This document shows positions 8,430 to 15,348 of a stretch of 53,039 nucleotides of DNA, piece by piece. Both the position numbers and the translations under genes were made by a program. The stretch lies in contig CAYFQP010000051.1 of NCBI GenBank assembly GCA_964345375.1, positions 1 through 53,039 on the forward strand, read 5' to 3'. Every line of letters begins with the position of its first letter. Positions within the stretch are counted from its first letter, which is position 1. The notes beneath the pieces are model-generated. The model searched no databases, had not been told where the DNA came from, and saw nothing but the letters and a program-made list of their open reading frames with translations. This DNA is from an uncultured Gammaproteobacteria bacterium (lineage in GTDB: Bacteria > Patescibacteriota > Microgenomatia > CAYFQP01).

Positions 8430-8843
8430 TTAGAGGATTTCTGCACAGGCTTCTCGAAGGGAATTTGGTTGGGAAAGATTAATTTCTGGGAAAACTACTC
8501 CTTTGTCTTCCCATTTTTCTCTTGTTGCTTCTGGTAAGTCTGAGCCAAGACAACAAATGGGTATATTTTTCAAATTATCATCTCGGTGAGATCTTAGATT
8601 CTCAATTAATCCTGTCATCAACCGAGAGTCTGATAGCTCTATTACGACTAGATCAGGAGGAGGAGAGAGCGATTGGTTTTCTAATAGCTCGAGAGCCGCA
8701 GGCGGACTGGTAGTAAAATTAATTTTTCCTCCCACGCAATTTTCAAGGCTTGCCTTAAGAGTTTCTCGGTTTTGAGGATTTCCAACTACCCAAAGAACAT
8801 TAATTGGCCTTGGGTTTGACTTGGCTTCGTTTTGTCTTTCCAT
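8430..8843 (-). CDS. stand-alone receiver (REC)-like domain protein, probably a pseudo-receiver
   Basis: Alternating beta/alpha pattern NVLWVVGNP ... PPDLVVIELSD ... IPICCLGS resembles CheY-like receivers. The acidic pocket and phospho-acceptor positions appear substituted (alignment by eye). Confidence 0.4.
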   Translation of the reverse strand: MERQNEAKSNPRPINVLWVVGNPQNRETLKASLENCVGGKINFTTSPPAALELLENQSLSPPPDLVVIELSDSRLMTGLIENLRSHRDDNLKNIPICCLGSDLPEATREKWEDKGVVFPEINLSQPNSLREACAEIL

Positions 8844-8917
8844 TTTTGGTTATAAAAAAACCGCCCTTTTTAGGCTTGCAGGTATTATATCATAGTTCTT
8901 TTTTAAAATTAGAATTT

Positions 8918-8926
8918 TGGTAAAAT
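8918..8926 (+). promoter_or_regulatory. extended -10 box TGGTAAAAT upstream of an ~85-nt leader
   Basis: ttttggtaaaat read directly. One of the few transcription units in the window with a long 5' leader. Confidence 0.4.
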
Positions 8927-9017
8927 AGAAAGAGGCCCATTATCGTCCACTAGGTTAAAGCTAGGCCTAACGGCGGGTAGGAAAGGAGGTGAGAATCGGG
9001 CTTGAATCGGTAAGAGA

Positions 9018-9275
9018 ATGGAAATCAAGGTCAGGAAAAAAGATGGCGCTCTAGAAGATTTTGAGCGGAGTAAAATCAGCAATGGTCTTCTTAAAGCTGG
9101 CGCTCTTCCTCAAGAAGCAGAAAGAATTACGACTGAGATTGAAAATTGGTCTCGGACTAGTGCAAAGGATGGAATCATCGCCTCGAGTGATATTAGAGAT
9201 AAAGTTCTTGAACTCTTGGAGACAGCCAATCCTCGAGCGGCAGCTAGTTTTAGAGCTTATAAAAAACCTGAATAA
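9018..9275 (+). CDS. stand-alone ATP-cone domain protein
   Basis: MEIKVRKKDGALEDFERSKISNGLLKAG...IRDKVLELL...AAASFRAYKK matches the ATP-cone pattern (KrdG..e.Fd..Ki). No zinc ribbon (not NrdR) and no RNR catalytic part. Confidence 0.7.
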   Translation: MEIKVRKKDGALEDFERSKISNGLLKAGALPQEAERITTEIENWSRTSAKDGIIASSDIRDKVLELLETANPRAAASFRAYKKPE

Positions 9276-9309
9276 AAACTGGTAAAATGGATTTAGGTAA
9301 GGAAGGGGG

Positions 9310-9999
9310 GTGAGGAAGATTAAAAAGATAAATCTAGGCATAGATTTCAAATTAGTTGGTGGTGTTTTTCTGACAGCCCTGGTTTTAACTTTAGCCTTAA
9401 TTACAGTTGTTGACCTTCTTAAGCCTTCTGAGACCACGATTCTTGGTAAAGGAGAAAAAAAAGGATGTACTACTATCCAGAGCGGAGAACTTTTAACAAC
9501 TGATGGCAGGGTAATTACTCCGGGCTTCGATGAGTGGGGTTATAACTATCAAGCCTGGATTTTTAATGGCGGTTATTGTGATGCCTATCGAGACGCAGCT
9601 TGGTGTCAGCCATACAAAGACGTCAATCTGATAATGAAGTGGAATGATGCCTGGTTGTCGAACAAAGACTGCGATGGTGACGGTTTACTGGATAGGTATT
9701 ATGGCTTTCCTAGCTATATTGGCTCAGGCGCTTGGTTAACTAATCATCAGTGGGGAGAATATGAAGGCGATGAAGGCGAGATTTGCAAATGGAATTATTT
9801 TGTCAAGATCGTGGCCGCCCCTGCTGATGCGTATCTAGAAGACGGAGTTTGGTACGCAGCTGATGGTACCGAGATTGGACCAGTCATCTGGGGCTCATTT
9901 GCCATTATCCAGCAAGTTTCAAATGATCCCTGTGGCGGTGAGCACGGTCTCATTTATCAAGGAGAAGCACCAACCGGTTTTGGTTTTTACAAGCCTTAA
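9310..9999 (+). CDS. secreted or membrane-anchored Cys-rich protein, unknown function
   Basis: GTG start preceded by GGAAGGGGGG. N-terminal TM/signal anchor. Six Cys. DCDGDGLLD (DxDxDG-like Ca-binding motif). Confidence 0.5.
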   Translation: MRKIKKINLGIDFKLVGGVFLTALVLTLALITVVDLLKPSETTILGKGEKKGCTTIQSGELLTTDGRVITPGFDEWGYNYQAWIFNGGYCDAYRDAAWCQPYKDVNLIMKWNDAWLSNKDCDGDGLLDRYYGFPSYIGSGAWLTNHQWGEYEGDEGEICKWNYFVKIVAAPADAYLEDGVWYAADGTEIGPVIWGSFAIIQQVSNDPCGGEHGLIYQGEAPTGFGFYKP

Positions 10000-10084
10000 A
10001 GAACCTTTGAATTGAGTTTAAAAAGAGTGTTCTTTTGGCTTTAATCTTCGGCTGGTTGAAATGGTAGAATCAAACCACTTTCAC

Positions 10085-11008
10085 TTATGTTGAGAGGAGG
10101 TCTAAAATCCTGGTGAGAAGAGATTGCTGAATGCCTAATAATTCTCCAGTTTCAGCTGAAACAATTACGTTCCTTTTAAGAGTGATTTTAATCAAACCAA
10201 AGAGCTTTTTGTATTTTATCCCTGGAATCTCATAAGCTAAAATTCCCTCATCAGTGGTAGTAAGACTGACAACCTCTTCGACTGGAGGGGGCTCTTCTTC
10301 AATGGTTCCGGCTTCAGTTGCCCCTTCTGGGGTTGGAGTGGCTGATTCAGTTGCTCCAGTTGGCGTGGCCGAAGGAGTCGAGGTTGGGGTTAAACTGGCT
10401 TGGTACTCTAGCCAGAGGAGACCGCCCTTACCTCCAAGCTGATCAATCACATTGGCGGCTAACATGTTCTCTACGGCTTTATCGGGGAGGACAGTAACCA
10501 CCTTTTGACCTTTAGGAGTGGTGACAATTAATTCATTGGTTTCTAAATTAACCATTAGGGGGAAATGAGTTTGGGCGGCAATTTTATTACGGATAACGGC
10601 ATAAGAATTCTTCATTGACCTTATCTTAGTTGTTTCTTCAGGCTCTTCGATTTCGAACTCAGCGCTTTCCGTGCCTTCAGGAAGTTCAATTTCTTCTCCA
10701 TTTTCGTCTTCAATTGTTACCTGAAGTTGAAGACCTTTGGGAACGAGCTTGACCTTCTTAGGCTTTTTTTCTTCTGTTGACTCTGTTGTTGGAAGTTCAG
10801 TCTCTTCCTTTTTTTCTTGTCCTGGAGCTTTCTCTAGACCAGGTGGCGATATTCCTTCTTTTCTTCCCAGGACTTGCTCAGATGAGTCGAAGATTAACAA
10901 ACCTTCACTAGTTAAGATCCAATGAGCTGAAACCTCATTGGTAAATACAAGTAGAGAGAAAACTCCGGCAAGACAGAGGAAGAGTCTTATTAGAGTCTTT
11001 TTACTCAT
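10085..11008 (-). CDS. secreted protein with acidic and PT-rich linkers, unknown function
   Basis: Signal peptide MSKKTLIRLFLCLAGVFSLLVFTNEVSA starts at the internal ATG (11008). The longer ORF to 11050 adds a non-signal extension. Confidence 0.5.
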   Translation of the reverse strand: MSKKTLIRLFLCLAGVFSLLVFTNEVSAHWILTSEGLLIFDSSEQVLGRKEGISPPGLEKAPGQEKKEETELPTTESTEEKKPKKVKLVPKGLQLQVTIEDENGEEIELPEGTESAEFEIEEPEETTKIRSMKNSYAVIRNKIAAQTHFPLMVNLETNELIVTTPKGQKVVTVLPDKAVENMLAANVIDQLGGKGGLLWLEYQASLTPTSTPSATPTGATESATPTPEGATEAGTIEEEPPPVEEVVSLTTTDEGILAYEIPGIKYKKLFGLIKITLKRNVIVSAETGELLGIQQSLLTRILDLLST

Positions 11009-11085
11009 TATTTTAATTAATAGGTTACAGCCTTCTTCTTTATTTGTCAATTTTTTAGATTGGGCTTTGTTTTATTTCTTAATGC

Positions 11086-11094
11086 TGGTAAAAT
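11086..11094 (+). promoter_or_regulatory. extended -10 box TGGTAAAAT, 12 nt before ATG 11107
   Basis: Read directly. Confidence 0.4.
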
Positions 11095-11106
11095 GTATTA
11101 ATCTTA

Positions 11107-11580
11107 ATGGGATTTAATTTATTGAAACTTTTATTCTCGATTATTATCTGTGAAGCGGTTGGAATCTTTGGAGCTATTTTTACTACTCCAGCCATTCCGA
11201 CTTGGTATGCTAAGCTTAATAAACCTAGTTTTAGCCCGCCTAATTGGGTTTTTGGGCCAGTTTGGACTCTTCTTTATGGTTTGATGGGCGCTTCTGCCTA
11301 TTTAATTTGGCAACAAGGAATTGAAAAACCAGCGGTTAAAAGCGCTTTGTTTATTTTTACTCTTCAGTTAATTCTTAATTTTCTCTGGTCCTTTTTCTTT
11401 TTCAAACTTCAGTCGCCTCTTTATGCCTTAATCGAAATTCTTCTTTTATGGATTTTGATTCTGGCAACGATTATCAGTTTTTATCAAATTAATAAGCTGG
11501 CTGGTTTGATTCTTGTCCCTTATCTGCTTTGGGTTAGTTTTGCCACTCTTCTTAATTATTATATTTTTAAACTTAATTAG
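11107..11580 (+). CDS. tspO: TspO/MBR tryptophan-rich sensory protein
   Basis: WYAKLNKPSFSPPNWVFGPVWTLLYGLMGASAYLIW and five TM helices, characteristic of TspO. Confidence 0.85.
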   Translation: MGFNLLKLLFSIIICEAVGIFGAIFTTPAIPTWYAKLNKPSFSPPNWVFGPVWTLLYGLMGASAYLIWQQGIEKPAVKSALFIFTLQLILNFLWSFFFFKLQSPLYALIEILLLWILILATIISFYQINKLAGLILVPYLLWVSFATLLNYYIFKLN

Positions 11581-11600
11581 AACTTCTAAAAAAAAGAAAA

Positions 11601-11933
11601 ATGAGAATCTGGGATCTTGAACCAAAAAATTTGTGTCGAAAACACTTAATCGCTGAACACGGAGAACTTCATTCGCTTTGGTCAATCCTGACAAAGAATA
11701 AAAAAGGCTTTTCTAAACACCCTGAGACCTTGAGATGGAAAGGCAAGCTGAAAGCGCTTTATTTAAGGCATGAGGAATTGGTTAAAGAATTAGAGAGAAG
11801 AAACTATCAACACCGCAGCCCCTTAGATAAAAAACTAGCTAGAGGTAAAAGTTTTCAAGATGAATACCTTCAATCAAAGAGGAAACAAGAAAAAATATTA
11901 AAAGAAAAAGGTTGTAGTTGCCGGTTTAACTAA
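11601..11933 (+). CDS. pyrimidine dimer DNA glycosylase (T4 endonuclease V / DenV-like, Pyr_excise family)
   Basis: MRIWDLEPKNLCRKHLIAEHGELHSLW...HPETLRW pattern of the family. Confidence 0.65.
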   Translation: MRIWDLEPKNLCRKHLIAEHGELHSLWSILTKNKKGFSKHPETLRWKGKLKALYLRHEELVKELERRNYQHRSPLDKKLARGKSFQDEYLQSKRKQEKILKEKGCSCRFN

Positions 11934-11934
11934 G

Positions 11935-12183
11935 CTACTTTCTTTTTTTCTTGCTTTTTTTCTTGAGTCGAGGAATTTTCTTTAAGGCCGCGATGATCAT
12001 GGCAATAATAACATAAATAAAAGCTAGAGGAATGGCAAAAGCCGAGAATAAAGCTAAAAAGAAAAAGATTGGCTCTTCGATTCTTAAGAGGCCAGAGAGA
12101 TAATTATGGAGGATGATGGAAAGAGGTAGAAAAACAAGGAGAGAAACAAGAGTGATTAAAGAAAACTTTAGATGTTTTTCCAT
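11935..12183 (-). CDS. small membrane protein with polybasic tail
   Basis: Two hydrophobic helices and C-terminal KKKSKKKRK. Own -10 box 7 nt upstream. Confidence 0.4.
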   Translation of the reverse strand: MEKHLKFSLITLVSLLVFLPLSIILHNYLSGLLRIEEPIFFFLALFSAFAIPLAFIYVIIAMIIAALKKIPRLKKKSKKKRK

Positions 12184-12190
12184 TAAAATC

Positions 12191-12199
12191 AGTATAGCA
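12191..12199 (-). promoter_or_regulatory. extended -10 box TGCTATACT, 7 nt before ATG 12183
   Basis: Read directly on the minus strand. Confidence 0.45.
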
Positions 12200-12203
12200 G
12201 ATT

Positions 12204-12212
12204 TGATAGAAT
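12204..12212 (+). promoter_or_regulatory. extended -10 box TGATAGAAT, 7 nt before ATG 12220
   Basis: Read directly. Back-to-back with the minus-strand box in a 36-nt intergenic region. Confidence 0.45.
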
Positions 12213-12219
12213 AATAAAA

Positions 12220-13104
12220 ATGGCTCAGAAAATCGATTATTCAAAAATCTATTCTCCAAGCAAATTGGGAATGTTTAGCCAGTGCCCTAAATCCTATGAA
12301 TTTTACTATTTAGACCCGATTTACAGTCCAATGAAGACTGATTTAAAAAAACTTCCCCAAAATATTTATCCTTTCTTTACTCTGGGTAAAGCAGTTCATA
12401 ACGCGATTACTCTTTTCTTTCACTCTCCTTTAAGACAAAGGACTAAAAGCTCATTAAAAGAACACCTGAAGCAAACTTGGCAAAGTGAAACAATGAAGAA
12501 TAAAAAACCTCCTTTAGGTAAATGGGGTGGCTTTGCCAATTTAGAAGAGGAAAGAGAGGCTTATGGAGAAGCTCTCCAGATGCTCGATAATTTTTTCAGA
12601 ATGCTAGGAGATGATTTTGAGATTGAATATTTACCAACCGCTGATTTTTATCACTCGATTAAGGATTATCAGGATTTGATTACTCCCTTAAGCAATGATT
12701 TCGACATTAGCGGTAAGTTTGACTTGGTTGCTCGAGATGGAGAGTCTCTTCATCTTGTTGACTTTAAAACCAGTAAAAGAGAAGAAGAGAACCCTTTTCA
12801 ACTGAGATTTTATAAGATTCTAGCTGAAGAAAAGTTCAAAAAACCAGTTAAAAAGGCAAGCTTTTATTTTCTAAAAACTGGTAATAAAAAGAGATTCGAT
12901 TTAGAAAAAGAAAAAATTGAAGGAATAAAAGAGGAAATTTTGGGGAAAATCGATGAGATTAACTCGACCGAAAATTTTGAGGCTAGACCAAGCAAGCTTT
13001 GCAATTTTTGTCTTTACCAGACCTTTTGTCCTAAAAAAGATGAGGTTAAAAAAATGACCAGAAAGACTGAGGGGGAAGATTACGCTGACGATTTACCTTT
13101 TTAG
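12220..13104 (+). CDS. PD-(D/E)XK nuclease, Cas4/AddB-type with 4-Cys cluster
   Basis: N-terminal FSQCPKSYEF. GKFDLVARDGESLHLVDFKTSK (D...D/E-x-K). QLRFYKILA (QxxxY). C-terminal CNFCLYQTFC (CX2CX5C). Confidence 0.75.
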   Translation: MAQKIDYSKIYSPSKLGMFSQCPKSYEFYYLDPIYSPMKTDLKKLPQNIYPFFTLGKAVHNAITLFFHSPLRQRTKSSLKEHLKQTWQSETMKNKKPPLGKWGGFANLEEEREAYGEALQMLDNFFRMLGDDFEIEYLPTADFYHSIKDYQDLITPLSNDFDISGKFDLVARDGESLHLVDFKTSKREEENPFQLRFYKILAEEKFKKPVKKASFYFLKTGNKKRFDLEKEKIEGIKEEILGKIDEINSTENFEARPSKLCNFCLYQTFCPKKDEVKKMTRKTEGEDYADDLPF

Positions 13105-14621
13105 ACCTTCTCAGTTACCCGATATTCAAGATATTTCCCCAGCATTAGGCGGGTGTGGGCGTCTAAACCAGGCAAGGTCCCAAAAAAGAATCCTGAAATT
13201 GGCATAAGGATGAATTCCAAGGGGATTAACAAAGCCCGAAATCGAGAGACAGTCTTTGGTCGCGGCGGTCTTTGTTTGGCGTTGACAATAAGGATGACAA
13301 TTAGGCCGATAAGACAAAAATTGAGGATAAGCGCCGATAGCCGAGGAATATTGTAGCCAATTGCTGTCCGAGAGAAATCAGGAATAAAAAGAGCGGGAAT
13401 AGCGATTCCCAAGGTAATAAAAAACCAATTAATGGGCATGAGCAAGTGGTCTTCTAAAAGTCTAATCAAGCGGATGGTTTTATCCCAAAAAGAAACGCCA
13501 GGGGTAAAAAAGTAATTTTTAATTACATAGGGGTCATCAGAGACTCCCCAAGCCCAGCGTTTAAATTGCTCATAAGTATTGACTAGGGTCTTGATAAAAC
13601 TAGTTGATTCAGCTGCATCAGCATAAATAGGCAAAAAGATCGGTTCAACCTCGACTTTACCTCTTAACTTATAGAAAGACTTAAAGAAAATATGCCAATC
13701 TTCAGGAATGATATTTGGATTCCAATAGCCGACTTTATCAAGCATCTTCAGAGAAAGAGAATAGTTTTGACAGTTGATTAGTCGATCTTTTCGAGAAAGA
13801 ACAGCACTGTTCCAGACAGAATTAAAAGTATTACTAACTCGGGTTAAAGCAGGTAGACGCCAAAAGTTGTTATAGAAAAAAACAGCTGGTTGCCAGAATA
13901 ATTGATAACGATTAGGTTTATCGAGAAAAGAGTAAGTCAGGTAGGAAAAGTGTTTGGGGTGAAAACGGTGATCAGCGTCACAGCTAGTGAGAGTAATATA
14001 ATCAATGTTCATTTTTCTTTGGTCAACTAGTTTCTTTTTAATCCACCGAGCAGCGTAATTTTCGTTAGAAGACTTACCAACAACTTCGCCAGGAGCGAGT
14101 TTGTGAACAGTAACAAAAAAGTTAGCAAATCTTTTACCAAACTTCTTCTTTAATTTCTTGGCTTTGATTTCCCTTTCCTTTTTATCTTCTTTGGCTTCTT
14201 GGGCCAAAACAATGGTGATTTGTTTTAAGGGTAAATCCTGCTTGGCAAGTGAGCCGATGGTTCTTTCGAGAATTCTTAAAGGCTCTTTATAAGTAGGAAC
14301 GATGACCACATGGTGGACCTTTTTCCAATCAGGAAAAAGCTTAATCTCGCCTAGCCAATCCATGGCCTGGGAAGCCTTGATTCGGAAATAGGAGAGAACA
14401 GAAGTAATAGCAAAACTGATTGATTTATAGAGCCAGAAAATATCAAAAATAATAATAAAATAAGCAAGCTTAAGAGGAAAAAGGAAACTACCGACAAAGA
14501 AAATTGAAATTGTCCCCCAAGAGAAAGCTCCGGGAACAATTTCTAAGAATCGGTGAATCTGTTGGTCATATTTTAAAAAGAATTTTCGCATTTTGGGTTG
14601 TGATTTGACAAATTTTTTCAA
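13101..14621 (-). CDS. membrane-embedded processive family-2 glycosyltransferase (cellulose/chitin-synthase-like)
   Basis: VVIVPTYKEP, SCDADH and QFKRW (QxxRW) motifs flanked by N- and C-terminal TM helices. Confidence 0.7.
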   Translation of the reverse strand: MKKFVKSQPKMRKFFLKYDQQIHRFLEIVPGAFSWGTISIFFVGSFLFPLKLAYFIIIFDIFWLYKSISFAITSVLSYFRIKASQAMDWLGEIKLFPDWKKVHHVVIVPTYKEPLRILERTIGSLAKQDLPLKQITIVLAQEAKEDKKEREIKAKKLKKKFGKRFANFFVTVHKLAPGEVVGKSSNENYAARWIKKKLVDQRKMNIDYITLTSCDADHRFHPKHFSYLTYSFLDKPNRYQLFWQPAVFFYNNFWRLPALTRVSNTFNSVWNSAVLSRKDRLINCQNYSLSLKMLDKVGYWNPNIIPEDWHIFFKSFYKLRGKVEVEPIFLPIYADAAESTSFIKTLVNTYEQFKRWAWGVSDDPYVIKNYFFTPGVSFWDKTIRLIRLLEDHLLMPINWFFITLGIAIPALFIPDFSRTAIGYNIPRLSALILNFCLIGLIVILIVNAKQRPPRPKTVSRFRALLIPLEFILMPISGFFFGTLPGLDAHTRLMLGKYLEYRVTEKV

Positions 14622-15348
14622 AAGAAACGCCCTTTACCTGGGCGAGACACTTGGCAATGATTTTAACATTTTTAGGCTCGTTTCTCAAACCTCGGTAAGG
14701 TTTAGGTGAAAGAAAAGGACAATCAGTTTCTAGCAGGATTTTATCTAAAGGAATTTGTTTAGCGACATTCTGGAGACCCTGATCATAAGTGAAATTACCC
14801 GCAAGACCAAAAAAGAAATCTAACTCATTTATTTTTTTAATACCCTTTTTGCCAGCGGAATAACAATGAAATACTCCCTTCAATCCTTTATGCTCTTTAA
14901 TTATTTGAAGTGTGTCTTTAAAGGCTTCACGAGTGTGGACAAGAATAGGGAGTTTAAGCCTCTTGGCGAGCCTGATTTGTTCTTGGAAAAGAGAAAGCTG
15001 TTCTTTTTTAGTCCGATCTTTCTCTCCAGCTGGAGCTGGAGAAAAGTCTAAACCACATTCGCCAATAGCAATCACTCCTTTATTTGAAGCCAGTCGAGTA
15101 AGTTTTTTGATCTGTTTTTCGGAGAAAAGCTCGATTTCTGGGTCGGTCTGGTGAGGGTGAATGCCTACAGCTGGGAAAACAATCTCCGGATATTTCTCTG
15201 CGATTCCAATTCCTTTTTCAGATTCCTCTAAATTACTACTAACACAGACGATTCTCTTGATTCCATCCTTGACTGATCTTTTAATCACCCGCTTGAGATC
15301 ATCTTTATAGTCTTTAAAATTCAGATGGGCGTGGGTATCAACGAGCAT
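14566..15348 (-). CDS. tatD: TatD family metal-dependent hydrolase/DNase
   Basis: MLVDTHAHLNF, GECGLDF, ILVHTREA, ETDCPFL motifs. metG-tatD synteny as in Firmicutes. Confidence 0.9.
   Translation of the reverse strand: MLVDTHAHLNFKDYKDDLKRVIKRSVKDGIKRIVCVSSNLEESEKGIGIAEKYPEIVFPAVGIHPHQTDPEIELFSEKQIKKLTRLASNKGVIAIGECGLDFSPAPAGEKDRTKKEQLSLFQEQIRLAKRLKLPILVHTREAFKDTLQIIKEHKGLKGVFHCYSAGKKGIKKINELDFFFGLAGNFTYDQGLQNVAKQIPLDKILLETDCPFLSPKPYRGLRNEPKNVKIIAKCLAQVKGVSFEKICQITTQNAKILFKI

Noticed and set aside
8964-8981. ACGG-containing loop in the ATP-cone leader, reminiscent of guanidine-II (mini-ykkC) hairpins
   Set aside because: There is only one hairpin, the closing pair is mismatched, and the gene context (ATP-cone, not a transporter or carboxylase) does not fit.
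9051-9437. 128-aa minus-strand ORF and 74-aa plus-strand ORF (9061..9285) overlapping the ATP-cone gene
   Set aside because: The ATP-cone frame has a recognisable domain signature. The alternatives have none and would cross the next gene's start region.
10021-10036. AAAAGA-GTGT-TCTTTT hairpin in the only convergent intergenic gap
   Set aside because: The stem is six A-T/G-C weak pairs and there is no flanking U-run on either strand, so it is not convincing as a bidirectional terminator.
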